From assembly GCF_963921235.1 (NCBI RefSeq), contig NC_086097.1, positions 250,730,001 to 250,794,000 of the forward strand: a DNA stretch of 64,000 nucleotides. Direction: 5' to 3'. The number at the start of each line of letters is the position of its first letter. Position 1 is the first letter of the stretch. The position numbers and the translations under genes were made by a program. The notes under the pieces were generated by a model. The model made no database searches. It saw nothing but the letters and a program-made list of their open reading frames with translations, and was not told the DNA's origin. Below, piece by piece: positions 26,003-39,144 of the stretch. Origin of the DNA: Mobula hypostoma. Taxonomy: Eukaryota.

Positions 26003-26407
26003 CTAGAACAGAGAATAGTACAGCACAGTACAGGCCCTTTGGCCCACAATGTTGTGCCAACCCTCAAACCCTGCCTCCCATATAACCCCCCCCCCACCTT
26101 AAATTCCTCCACATACCTGTCTAGTAGTCTCTTGAACTTTGCTAGTGTACCTTCCTCCACCACTGACTCAGGCAGTGCATTCCACACACCAACCACTCTC
26201 TGAGTAAACAAGCCTTCCTCTAATATCCCCCTTGAACTTCCCACCCCTTACCTTAAAACCATGACGTCTTGTATTGAGCAGTGATGCCCTGGGGAAAAGG
26301 CGCTGGCTATCCACTCTATCTATTCCTCTTATTATCTTGTACACCTCTATCATGTTTCCTCTCATCCTCCTTCTCTCCAAAGAGTAAAGCCCTAGCTCCC
26401 TTAATCT
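26003..26407 (-). mobile_element. CR1 3' end, same subfamily as 1012-1748 and 45131-46123
   Basis: ERRRMRGNMIEVYKI..SQRLFPRA..FTQRVVGVWNALPES. Confidence 0.85.
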
Positions 26408-26964
26408 TCTGGAATATATTTTGTTACTTGTTAACTTATTTGTGGCAATATTACTTTATGCGTTGTGTGTGTGTGTTACATGGACTGTGTTGTGCAACTT
26501 GGTTTGGTAGAATGTTGTTTCATTTGGTGCTATACATGTGGACAGTTGAATGACAAAAAACTGGCCTGAACAAGCTAGAAGAGGATAGGTGAAGCCCGGG
26601 GGCGGGGAGGTGAGAGTGGAAGGATGGAGTAGGAAGCTGGGAGATGATAGGTAGAAGATGTCAAAGGATGAAGAAGAAATAATCTGACAGGAGAGGAGAG
26701 TAGACTGTGGGAGAGAGTGAAGGAGAAGGGGCATTGGGGAGGTGATGGGAAGATGAGGGGAAGAGATGGTGTGAGAGGGGAATGAGAGTGGAGAAAAGGA
26801 GAGACTATGGGGTGTTGCCCCTCCAACCAGAGAATGGCCTCAATGTAGCAGAAGAGGAGGTCAGGGACTGACAGGTCCAACTATAATTTAATATAAATTA
26901 ATAATATTCTAATTTAATGTTACTATTAATTGTGAAGACAAATTTAAGATTTAAAAAAACTTAC

Positions 26965-27034
26965 TAATGCAATAAGAATTAAAAGATGCTGGCCAATGTG
27001 CTGGTGACTGGATTTCCTCATGATCAACTAGTAC
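26965..27034 (-). CDS. Probable internal coding exon (70 nt, phase 0-1) of an unidentified minus-strand gene
   Basis: Minus strand reads ttttctttatgtctttgtcgcag|GTACTAGTT...TGCATTA|gtaagt. Only frame 0 is open: VLVDHEEIQSPAHWPASFNSYCI. It sits in an AT-rich unique island. Confidence 0.6.
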
Positions 27035-27146
27035 CTGCGACAAAGACATAAAGAAAATGTAAGTCTTCTCAGAACACAAAAATGAGAGTCTATTAAGACG
27101 TCATCTCTATTTCACTGCAAGATTGTAAACCATTCCTGAATATATA

Positions 27147-27169
27147 CAGTACTATACAGAAATCTAAGG

Positions 27170-27216
<47 letters not shown>

Positions 27217-28522
27217 ATATATATATATATATATATACACACACATATACATACACACATATAGATTAGATTAGATTAGATTCAACTTTATTGTCATTGT
27301 GCTGAGTACAGATACAAAGCCATGAAATGCAGTTAGCATCTAACCAGAAATGCAAAGAATAGTGTTATTTACAAAATAACTGCAAATAAAAAGTAAGTGC
27401 TACAGCACACAAATATAAAAGTACTGAGGCAGTACAATACGGGTGCAATACTGCTTAGCGCTGTGATGTGAGGTTCAGCAGGGTCACAGCCTCAGGGAAG
27501 AAGCTCTTCCTGTGCCTGCTGGTGCGGGAGCGGAGGCTCCTGTAGCGCCTACCGGATGGGAGGAGAGTAAAAAGTCCATGGTTAGAGTGAGATGCATCCT
27601 TGATAATGCTTTTCACCCTGTCCAGGCAGCGTTTGTGGTAGGTGTTCTCAATGGTGGACAATTGGATGCCCCCAGAAGATACGGTACATCATTAAAGACC
27701 CCTCACACCCTCTCCATGAACTGTTTGTTCTTCTGCCGTCAGGCAAACGTTACAGGAGCATCAAAACTAAAACCACAAGGCTGCTAAACAGCTTCCTCCC
27801 ACAGGCAGTCAGACTGCGAAATAGCTGCTCTACCTGACTCTGCTTTGGACACTTTTAACTTGCACTGGACACTTATAACTGATTTTAACTGACATGTGGC
27901 TGTTGTGTTTTACTATTTATTGTTATGTTTATTATTTAGTGTTGCGTTTGTTATGTTATGATTGCACTGCTCCTGGGAAACACTGTCTCATTCTGCCCTG
28001 CAGAGCTGATGTACGGTTAGAGTGACAATAAAGTTTTTTGAATCTTGAATAATCCACTGGGCAGTTTTCACCACACACTGGAGTGCTTTGTGGTCCGATA
28101 CATGACAATTGCCATACCACACTGAGATGCAGTTGGTGAGTATGCTCTCAATGGTACAGCGGTAAAAATGCATCAGTGTCCTGGGACAGAGGTGAGCTTT
28201 CTTGATGCTCCACAGGAAATAAAGGCACTGTTGGTCCTTCTTGATCAGGATGGAAGAGTTCAAGGACCAGGTGAGATCCTCGGAAATGTGGACACCAAGG
28301 AATTTGAAGCTTGATACACACTCCACTACAGCTCCGTTGATGTAGATGGGGATGTGAGTGTGGCTCCTAGCACGCCTGGAGTCCACAATGATCTCCTTGG
28401 TCTTCTGGGTGTTAAGGGCCAGGTTGTTGTCAGCACACCATGTGGCCAGTTGCTGGACCTCGTCCCTGTAGGCCATCTCGTCATCCCCTATATATATATA
28501 CCTAAGACTTTTGCACAGTACT
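27147..28522. mobile_element. Tc1-type MITE (imperfect ~22-bp TIRs around a GT/TA microsatellite) containing nested Rex1/Babar LINEs
   Basis: Left TA|cagtactatacagaaatctaagg versus right cctaagacttttgcacagtact|TA (17/22 matches as an inverted repeat). Interior has a minus-strand Rex fragment 27262-28488 split by a plus-strand fragment ~27669-28050. Confidence 0.7.
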
Positions 28523-29569
28523 TAATGTATTTAAAAACGCAAACACGAGAAAATCTGCAGATGCTGGAAATTCAAGCAATACACACAAAATGCTGGTGGA
28601 ACGCAGCAGGCCAGGCAGCATCTATAGGAAGAAGTACAGTCGACTGTTTAAATTAAATGCAGAAAATTTGATATTTCATATGCAAAGACCACAATTTATT
28701 GTGCAATCATAATTACTGTCAAAGATGAATTTGCAAACTGGGAGCAGACCACATAGCTCCAAAATACTTGCTTCAGTAAGATTATTCCTGATCTGATTAC
28801 AACCTCGGCTCCAAATTCTCATAGAGTCATAGAACACTACAGCACAGAAAGCACGGGGGTGTGGAGGGGTAGAACATTAAATATACATTTAGCGGTATGA
28901 TATTGGGAGGCCAGATAGAGTGGGTGTGTAAAGGATTTCTCCTGTAATGGCAAGTTTAAAACCTGAGGACATAGCCTCAGAATACAAGGACGGCCCTTTA
29001 GAACAGAGACGAGGGGAAATTTACTTATTTATTTTTTTTATTGAGATGAAGCTTGGAATAGGCCCCTCTGGGATTTTGAGCTCCGATTTAACCCTAACCT
29101 AATCACAAGACAATTTACAATGACTAATTAACCTTCTAACCGGTACACCTTTAGACTATGGGAGGAAATCGAGCACCCAGAGGAAACCGAAATATTCACG
29201 GGGAGAACATGCAAATTCCTAACAGACAGTGATGGGAAGTGAATCCATGTAAAGCATTGTGCAGTCCATGGAATTCATTGCCAAGGACAGCTGTGGAGGG
29301 CAAGTCATTGGTTATATTTAAAGCAGAGGTTGTTAGGTTCTTTGTTAGTAGGGAACCGAATGTTACAAGGGGAACGTAGTAGGATGAGTTTGAGAGGGAA
29401 AATAAATCAGTCATGATGGAATGACAGAGAAGATTCAATGGGCCGAATGGCCCAACTGTACTCCTGTGTCTTATGATCTAATTTGAAACTATGAAGAAGT
29501 TCTGTCACGTGACATTTAAGGAAGAGAGTTTCAAAGACTCTAAGGGCAATAAAGTTCCTGATCTGTGTC

Positions 29570-30180
29570 CTACAAGGTAATGTTGCAGCTCTACAAAACT
29601 CTGGTTAGACTATACCTGGTGTATAGTGTTCAGTTCTGGTCACCTCATTATAGGAAGGATGTGGAAGCTTTAGAGAGGGTGCAGCGGAGATTTACCAGGA
29701 TGCTGCCTGGATCAGAGAACATGTCTTATGAGAATAGGTTGAGCAAGCTAGGGCTTTTTCTCTTTGAACTAAAGAGGATAAGAAGTGACTTGATAGATGT
29801 ATAAAAGATAAGGGGAATAGATCAAGTGGACAGCAAGAGAATTTTTTCCCAGGGTAGAAATGGCTAATACCAGGGGAGTACCATTAAGGTACTTGGAGGA
29901 AAGTATATGTAGGGATGTCAGAGGTAGGTTTTTAACACAGAGTTGTGGGTGCTTGCAATGTGCTGCCAGGCGTGGTGGTAGAGGCAGATACATTGGGGAT
30001 GTTTAAAAGACTCTTAGACACATGGATGATAGAAGAAATGGAGGGCTATGTAGGAGGGAAGGGTTAGATTGATCTTGGAGTAGTTTAAATGGTCGGCACA
30101 TTATGTGGACCGAGGTGCCTGCACTGTGCTGTAATGTTCCACACACATTCAGTATTCTGTGTTCTCTGTTCCATGTTCTA
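29570..30180 (+). mobile_element. CR1 3' fragment
   Basis: LYKTLVRLYL...QFWSPHYRKDVEALERVQRRFTRMLPG. Confidence 0.85.
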
Positions 30181-30813
30181 TCGTGTCCACACAAACCTTG
30201 TCAAGGCCCTTCTGGATCTTGTATATTTCAATCAAGTCACAGTTCATTCATCCCGGGCAGATAGAACCCAAGTCTATTTCAACTTTTCTCATAAGACAAC
30301 CTATCCATTCCAGATATCAAAGTTCACAGTAAATGTATTATCAAAGTACATATTTGTCACCATAAAAACCCTGAGATTTGTTTATTTGTGGGCGTTCACA
30401 GTAAGTACAAAGAAACACAATAGAATCAATGAAAGACCACACATAAGGCAGACAAACAACCAGTGTGCAAAAGACAACAAACTTTGCAAATACAAAGAGA
30501 ATAATAACAATAGTAATAAGTAACCAATAAATATTGAGAGCATGAGATGAAGATGTCCTTGAAAGTGAGTCCATAGGTTGTGGGAACAGTTCAGTGTTGG
30601 GATGAGTGAAAGTGAGTGAAGTTATCCCCTCTGGTTCAGCAGCCTGATGGTTGAGGGGTAATAACTGTTCCTGAACCTGGTGGTGTGGGTCCTGAGGCTC
30701 CTGTACCTTCTCCCTGATGGCAGCAGTGAGAAGAGTGTAGTAGCTTTGAATACATATCCTTAATTATAGAGACCAGCACTGTGCTGACTACACCATGCTG
30801 ACCATAAGACCAT

Positions 30814-31198
30814 ATGTTGTGGGGATGGAACTGGACTCTCTGACGGTGGTGTCTGAAAAGAGGATGCTGTCCAAGTTGCATGCCATCTTGGACAATGTCT
30901 CCCATCCACTACATAATGTACTGGGTGGGTACAGGAGTACATTCAGCCAGAGACTCATTCCACCGAGATGCAACACAGAGCGTCATAGGAAGTCATTCCT
31001 GCCTGTGGCCATCAAACTTTACAACTCCTCCCTTGGAGGGTCAGACACCCTGAGCCAATAGGCTGGTCCTGGACTTATTTCCTGGCATAATTTACATAAT
31101 ACTATTTAATTATTTATGGTTTTATTACTACTTAATTATTTATGGTGCAACTGTAACGAAAACCAATTTCCCCCGAGATCAATAAAGTATGACTATGA
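30814..31198 (+). mobile_element. Rex1/Babar 3' end, near-identical to 5126-5490
   Basis: VVGMELDSLTVVSEKRMLSKLHAILDNVSHPLHNVLGGYRSTF...GSDTLSQ*; same 3' UTR and ATGACT tail. Confidence 0.85.
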
Positions 31199-32389
31199 TA
31201 CGGGAGGAGCCTTAAAGAACATAGAACACTACAGCACAGACACAGAAACTTAGTAACTCACCCTTCCATTTCCTCATCTAATTCTCTATATATATCAGCT
31301 TTCTTAAGTATTTATGTTTATCGTGTTCTTTATTATTCTGTTCTTTATGTTATTGTGTTTTTTGTGCTGCATCAGATCTGGAGTAACAATTATTTTGTTC
31401 TCCTTTACACTTGAGTACTGGAAATGACATTAAACAACCTAGAATCGCACATCTTGAATCTTGGATTTATAAAAAGAGCAGGGTTCACAGAACAGATCCC
31501 TGTGGAACACCTCTGATCACGAATCTCCAGGCAGAATACGCTCCATTTACAACCACTCTCTGCCTTCTGTGGGAAAGCTGATTCTAAATCCACACAGCCA
31601 AGTTTCCCTGGATCCCATGCCTGCTGACTTTTGAACGAGTCTACCATGGGGAACCTTTTCTAAAATCCATACATAGCACATCCGCTCCTCATCTCCACTC
31701 TTAAGAGACATAACTATGATCTTGAGTCACTTCTGCAATGTGGCCCTTCACAGTTTAGACTGATAAAGACTAACTTACATTCAGAGAGATTTTTTTTTAG
31801 AGATATAGCATGGAACAGGCTCTTGCAGCCCATTTCTATGTTCTCTACCCACTGGAATTAAGCGATGTCTAATTGAGAACTGCTGCTTCCTCTGGGTGAA
31901 CAGTCAGAGTAGAGAATTGTAGGACAGGAGATCAGATTTATAGAAAGGTTATGGGGGAGAAGGCAGGAGAATGGGGTTGAGAGGGATAATAAATCAGCCA
32001 TGATGGAATCGTGGATACAATAGGGCCTCTTAAGTGACGTGGTAGGGAAACTCTAGGCAGTCTCTAGAGCAGATTACATGGTCAGCACAACATTGTGGGC
32101 CGAAAGGCCTGTGGTGTGCTGTAAATATCTATATTATATCCATGTTCTAATAGTGGACAACTTTGATGGGCTGAATGGCCTAATTCTGCTCCTATGTCTG
32201 ATGGTTTTATGGTCTTTCAAAGGAGGCGTCAGGTGGGATAAAAACACAGAACACAAGACATTATATATAGCACAGTGTAGCCCCTTCAGCCATTGTATCA
32301 TGCCTGTGTACTCTACGATCAATCTAACTCTTCCCTCCTAAATAGCCCTCATTTTTCTGTTATCCACATCCCTATCTTCGAGTTTCTTA

Positions 32390-34260
32390 TGAACCACCTC
32401 ACACTTATCTGGGTTGAACTCCATTTGCCACTTCTCAGCCCAGTTTTGCATCCTATCAAAGTCCCACTGTAACCTCTGACAGCCCTCCATACTGTCCACA
32501 ACACCCCCAACCTTTGTGTCATCAGCAAATTTACTAACCCATCCCTCCACTTCTTCATCCAGGTCATTTATAAAAATCACAAAGAGTAGGAGTCCCGGAA
32601 CAGATCCCTGAGGCACATCACTGGTCACCAACCTCCATGCAGAATACGGCCCGTCTACAACCACTCTTTGTCTTCTGTGGCAAGCCAGTTCTGGATCCAC
32701 AAAGCAATGTCCCCTTGGATCCCATGCCTCCTTACTTTCTCAATAAGCCTTGCATGGGTTACCTTATCAAATGCCTTGCTAAAATCCATATACACTACAT
32801 CTACTGCTCTTCCTTCATCAATGTATTTAGTCACATCCTCAAAAAATTCAATCAGGCTCGTAAGGCACGACCTGCCTTTGACAAAGCCATGCTGACTATT
32901 CCTAATCATATTACGCCTCTCCAAATGTTCATAAATCCTGCCTCTTAGAATCTTCTCCATCAACTTGCCAACCACTGAAATAAGACTCACTGGTCTATAA
33001 TTTCCTGGGCTGTCTCTACTCCCTTTCTTGAATAATGGAACAGCATCCACAACCCTCCAATCCTCTGGAAGCTCTCCCATCCCCACTGATGATGCAAAGA
33101 TCATTGCCAGAGGCTCAGCAATCTCCTCCCTCGCCTCCCATAGTAGCTCGGGGTACATCTCATCTGGTCTCGTGACTTATCCAACTTGATGCTTTCCAAA
33201 AGCTCCAGCACATCCTTTTTCTTAATATCTACACGCTCAAGCTTTTCAGTCTGCTGCAAGTCATCTCTACAATAGCAAAGGTCCTTTTCCATAGTGAATA
33301 CTGAAACAAAGTACTCATTAAGTACCTCTGCTATCTCCTCCAGTTCCATACACACTTTTCCACTGTCTCACTTGATTGGTCCTATTCTCTCACATCTTAT
33401 CCTCTTGCTCTTCACATACTTGTAGAATGCCTTGGGGTTTTCCTTAATCCTGCTTGCCAAGGTCTTTCCATGGCCCCTTCTGGCTCTCCTAATTTCATTC
33501 TTAAGTTCCTTCCTGCTCACCTTATAATTTTCTAGATCTTTATCATTACCTAGTTTTTTGAACCTTTCGTGAGCTTTTCTTTTCTTCTTGACTAGATTTA
33601 TAACAGCCTTTGTACACCATGGTTCCTGTACCCTACCATCCTTTCCCTGTCTCATTGGAACGTACCTATGCAGAACTCCACGCAAATATCCCCTCAACAT
33701 TTGCCACTTTTCTTCTGTTCATTTCCCTGAGAACATTTGTTCCCAATTTATGCTTCCACGTTCCTGCATGATAGCCTCATATTTCCCCTTACTCCAATTA
33801 AACGCTTTCCTAACTTGTCTATCCCTCTCTGATGCTATGATAAAGGAGATAGAATTGTGATCACTATCTCCAAAACGCTCTCTCACTAAGAGACCTGATA
33901 CCTGACCAGGTTCATTTCCTGATACCAGATCAAGTGCAGCCTTTCCTTTTGTAGGCTTATCTACATCTTCACCTTCTTGAACATGCCTAACAAACTCCAC
34001 CCAATCTAAACCCCTCACTCTAGGGAGAAGCCAATCGATATCTGGGAAATTAAAATCTCCCACAACAAAATCCCTGTTATTATTACACCTTTCCAGAATC
34101 TGGCTCCCTATCTGCTCCTCGATGTCCCTGTTATGACTGGGTGGTCTATAAAAACACCCAGTAGAGTTATCGACCCCTTCCTGTTCCTGACTTCCACCCA
34201 CAGCGACTCCATAGACAAACCCACCATGACTTCCTCGTTTTCTGCAGCTGTTCATGTTCT
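32390..34260 (-). mobile_element. CR1 ORF2 endonuclease-to-RT segment, frameshifted
   Basis: FYRPP..VGDFNFPDIDW..SDHN (EN); NYRPVSL..QHGF..SCLT..YMDFSKAFDKV; VPQGSV..KFADDTK (RT). Confidence 0.92.
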
Positions 34261-34299
34261 CCTCAACTCCTGAGAACATAGGCTCATCCAAATCAAAGG

Positions 34300-34760
34300 G
34301 AGTTGGGGTGTCTATGGGATGTCCAGGGAGGGGAATCACCTCTTGTGAAGGGGCTTATCATATCCATTCTGGGGCAGCTCACTCACCTTTGGTCCCCACC
34401 AGACACTCTGCTCTCATCTGTGGTCCCAAGTAGCATGCAATAGTGGCCGCCCCCCTGCACACAGCCGGGGAGCCGGCGGGTCCCGTAGCCCAGAGAGATA
34501 GGGACATGCCTGCCCTAGCACGTGAAGTCAGCTCTGGCAGACTGGCCGGATGAGATCAACAGTGATCCAACTGCCAGGAAGGCAGTCTTCATGGGGAGCA
34601 AAGGGCAGGACGAGGCATAGAAGTCACGGCCATCCACTGCAGACAAGGAAGACCCCAGTCCGTGATGACTACTCATGTCACTGGGCCCGGACTTCTGAGG
34701 TCGAGAGAATAGAACTGCTCCACTTTAAAAACTCTCCCACACAGCTTTCTTCATGCAGTT
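34300..34760 (+). mobile_element. Non-coding repeat, RTE-related SINE-like
   Basis: Abuts the 5' break of the CR1; gaatcacctcttgtgaaggggc head recalls RTE 5' ends. Confidence 0.4.
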
Positions 34761-35549
34761 CACATTATGAATTGCACAAATCTAATTGTTATCGTCAGAT
34801 TCAATGGGCAACCAATCAACCAAGTAAACGCTCACATTCATCTACTCGCAGCTAATTACAAGCTAGATGGAAGTGATCATAAGACCAGGTTGTTGAGGTG
34901 AGTGACAGATGCATTTAAAACATCAGAGACATTTAAAGGCATTGTCCCAGCAATGGCTTCTGTCAAACATTCTTTACAGATCTCAGAGGTAATGAAGCCG
35001 CTGTGTTTCGTTATGAGATTAAGAAGATTTGGTATCTCACCAAAGACTCCAGCACCTTTCTACAAATGCACTATGGAGAGCATTCTAACTGGTTACATCA
35101 CTGTCTGGTATGGAGAGCCCACTGTGAAGACTGGAAAAAGCTGCAGAAGGTTGTAAACTCAGCCAACTCCATCACGGGCACCAGCCTCCCCAGCATCGAG
35201 GACATCTTCAAAAGGCGATGCGTCAAAAGGTGGCATCAATCATTCAGGACCCCCATCACCCAGGACATGCCCTCTTCTCATTGTTACCATCAGGGTGGAG
35301 GTACAGGAGCAGACAAGAGAGAATCTGCAGATGCTGGAAAACCAAGAAGTACACACAAAATGCTGGAGGAACTCAGCAGGCCAGGCAGCATCTATGGAAA
35401 AAAGTACAGCTGATGTTTCGAGCCAAGACCCTTCGGCAGAACAGCTTCTACAGGAGCAGCTTCTTTTTAGGAACAGTTTCTTCTCCATCATCCCATTCCG
35501 GAATGGACAATGAACCCGTGAAGCAGCCTAGATTTTTTCATGTTTTCAT

Positions 35550-35591
35550 ATGGTTTGGTCTCCACAGAGCCCTGACCTCAACAGCATCGAG
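35550..35591 (+). mobile_element. Tc1 transposase catalytic-region fragment
   Basis: MVWSPQSPDLNSIE matches the WPxQSPDLNPIE motif of DD34E transposases. Confidence 0.7.
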
Positions 35592-36602
35592 GGATTATGT
35601 GTTACTCTGCACTGCGGAGATCAATTTTACAGCCAACTCTAAGGTACCCGACTCTGGCCCCAGAAATTCTAGATGGGTACGTCCCTTTGGCAGAGGGTCC
35701 TGGTTATGGATTGAATCCAGTTAATTCAGCAAATTGTGTCCTTGTTAGAAAGTTCTCCATTACAAGATTCACTGTATAGCCATGTTCCATCAGCTATAAC
35801 ACAATCACACCCTTCTTTAAATGCAGGTATTAAATCTTCACCCACTGCTCTGAGGGTGATCTCACCAACACCTTAATCCATTTCTGCAATACTTTCTGAG
35901 CTGGATTCCAAACCCCTTGCGGTTCAGACCAATATATCTTCTGCCTTCCTGATGGGCTGTTTATTCCTCTCCGTAGATGCTGCCTGGCCTGCTGAGTTCC
36001 TACAGCATTCTGAGTGTGTTGCTCTGCAGAATCTCCAGTGTTTGTGCTTTGCCTTCCAAATTGCTTCATGCGTGTTCCGTACTGCCTGCGCAAGGACATC
36101 CTTTAACGTTAACATTAATTAGTTCCTGAATGATTTGTTTAATAAAGACCTTTTTGAACTAATATTTGTTTATTACCTTTTTTCTATTCCTTTGCACTAA
36201 AATGAAAGTACATTATACTCCACTTGTCCAATGATCTAATCAGCTGACCCCCTTTGTTTTCTCTTGCAGCTTACTTCCCAACAGTATATCTTTTGCACAG
36301 ACCAGAGGGCACAGCCTCAGAATAGAAAAACACCCCTTTAGGACGGAGATGAGGATTACAGGAGAAGGTAGGAGAATGGGGTTGAGAGGGATAATAAATC
36401 AGCCATGACGGAATGGTGCAGCAGACTCAATGGGCCGAATGGTTTAATTCTGCCCCCAAGTCTTACGATTTTATTGTCTATTGTCACTGATGCTTGATAT
36501 AACTTTATTCACCATATACATTTATATTTTATGCAGAATAAAGAATTATATAAAAAATAAAGGTAGAAGGATATTGAATAAAATATGCATAAATGCATAA
36601 AT

Positions 36603-37653
36603 TATCATCATCATCATCAGGTGCCGTGCCCAGTTTGAGCTTTGACTGCCATGGCCCACACACTCCTGTTTCGGGTCAAGTGGATCAATTCATTGGTATT
36701 CATTTCCAATTCTCTGGCTGCTGTCTCCATCATCATTTGTCTTTGTCTTCCTCTTGCTTAATTCCCTTCAATCTTTCCCATAATTACCGTGCATTCTAAC
36801 TCCTCTTTCCTAATCACATGTCCAATGAAGTTATGTTGCCTTTTCATGATCTCATACAGTATTTCTCTTTTTGTGTTTGCTCTGTTCATGACATCCTCAT
36901 TAGATATTTGTTTTGTCCATGATATTCTTTGCATCCTCCTCAAAAACCACATCTCTGCTGCTTCAATTTGTTTCCTCATGTTACTAGAAATTGTCCAACA
37001 TTCTGAACCATATACCATAACTGGATAAATGTAACATTTCAGTACTCTGAGGCAGGTTGTCATGCCTAGTTTAGTATTGGTCAGTATACTCTTCATTCTC
37101 ATAAAGGTGTCTTCTGCCATCCCTATTCTTCTTTTGATGTCCACCTGCCATCTGATGTCACCCAGCTTCCTAAGTAGCAAAAGTTCTTCACTTGTTTTAT
37201 GTCTTCCCCATTTATTCTCAGCCTGTAGATAGGATTCTTCTTCTTTTTGGATATCACCATACATTCTGTCTTTTTGCAGTTGATAAATAGACCCATTTTT
37301 GCACTTTCTTCAACAATTATATCAATTAAGTTTTGTAGTTCTTCCTCCGTACTTGCAATTAACACAGTGTCATCTGCATATCTGAAATTATTGATGTTGT
37401 CTCCGCCAAATTTAATTCCCAAGATGTCGCTTATTTTTTGTAATATTGTTTCACTGTACATATTAAATAAATCAGGGGAGAAAACACACCCTTATCTAAC
37501 ACCTGTCTTGATTTTTGTAAACTGACTCACATCTCCATCTATTCTTACAGCAGCAGTATGTTCCCAGTACAGATTTCTGATTAGGCGGAGGTCTTTCAAA
37601 TCTAGATCTAGAGTTTTCTGTAATAGTTCAAATAACTTATTGAAATATTACAG
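36603..37653 (-). mobile_element. RTE-clade LINE RT to 3' end, inserted in a Rex-type element (~36490-38100)
   Basis: NINNFRYADDTVLIASTEEELQ..FCYLGS..YGSECWT..EAAEMWFLRRM; (GAT)n tail; imperfect TSD AAAT(G/A)CATAAAT (36591-36602 / 37654-37665). Confidence 0.88.
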
Positions 37654-38764
37654 AAATACATAAATACCAGGATGTATTTACAATGTAATAAACAGTGGTT
37701 TAAAGTGTTTACAGAGCAGTGCAGTAACAGGGTAGCAGATAAAGGGGTTGGGGAAGAGGTTAACTAGAATGGTTGATTGGATTAACTGCCCGAGGGAAGA
37801 AACTTTTAAGATGCCATCAAGTTTTTTATTTTAATAGCTCTATAATGCTGTCTAGAAGGGAGCTTTTGGAAAAAGCAGTCTGCAGAGTGGGTAGTATCCA
37901 CAATGAGTTTTCTTGGCCACTTCTTAGTCCTGGACACATGGAAGCTCTGCAGTGATGGCAGACTGCAGACAATAACCTTTTCTGCTGACCTGACAGTTTC
38001 CTGCATGTTTTGGATATTGTAAATGGATGCTATACCAAACCAGACAGTAACGGCTGGGGTGAGGAAACTCTCAATAATAGAAGTGTAGAATTGCAACAGC
38101 ATGTTCTACTATATTATATAGTAAGTAATATATATAATCAATAATATATTATGTAGCTATCTCTGATTTTACCATGTAAACATCGGCTTCGAAAAGGTCA
38201 GAGTTAAAATCTTGGAATTGTATTGTTTGAACTTTATTGTTACAGCCGCAAGTAGGACTAGACTTGAAAGATAAAAACAGATCAGCTTTATTTGCCATGG
38301 GTACATTGAAAAATGCAGTGAAATGCATCGTTTGCGTCAATGACCAACACGATCTGAGGACGTTGTAATTCTCAGAATCCTTTTGCTCCTCCAATTCCTT
38401 GTTAGATCTGGGTCAGTGTGACGGACCGAGGAACTTGACAAAAGGGAGGTCAGAGCAGTCCTCATTGAGGGGGGCGGCGGTGGGAAGAGTGAGTGGCTTT
38501 AAGTTCCTAGGTGTCAACATCTCTGATACTGGAAATCCAGAATGCTGCGTCATTTTCTCTTTATAAAAATAGAGGCTTTTCATACAGTTTGCTGGGCATA
38601 CGGGGAGAAGGCAGGAGATTGGGGCTGAGAGGGAAAATGGATCAGCCATGATGAAATGGCGGAATAGGCTCGTTGGGCGACATGGCCTAATTCTGCTCCT
38701 ATAACTAATGGTCTTCACACCAAGGGTGTCAATATCTCTGAGGAGCTATTCTGGGCCCAACATA

Positions 38765-39144
38765 CTGGTGGCATCCGTTAGTCTCGCGAGACCATGGATC
38801 TACGCCTGGAAAGCCTCAGTGTCCTCTCCAGGGCGCAGGCCTAGGCAAGTTTGTATGGAAGACTGGCAGTTGCAAGTCTCCCCTCTCCACTACACCAATG
38901 TTGTCCAAGGGAAGGGCAAGGGCTGATACAGCTTGGCACCAGTGTCGTCGCAGGAGTTGCCAGAACGAGGTTGAAGGCAACGTCGGACTGCCTTAGGGAC
39001 TCCAGCTCCGGGTTTGTCCTCAGGGTTTACTCCCGAAGCCTTTCCCATCAGTGGGTATGGCTGCAAGGCAGTGGAGGTTTGAAATCAGAGTTTTCCCTCT
39101 CATAGATGGACTGCCTTCCCAGGCTGACGAGCTCCATCTACCCG
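38765..39144 (-). mobile_element. RTE-related 380-bp non-autonomous element
   Basis: TSD AACATA (38759-38764 / 39145-39150) inside a Rex-type fragment; RTE-like 3' end (cgagactaacggatgcc). Confidence 0.6.

Noticed and set aside
34799..34897. Plus-strand 99-nt exon-like segment (FNGQPINQVNAHIHLLAANYKLDGSDHKTRLL, GAG|gtgagt)
   Set aside because: No cadherin motifs, weak pyrimidine tract, and phase 2-2 cannot join the phase-1 cadherin exon directly; may be chance.
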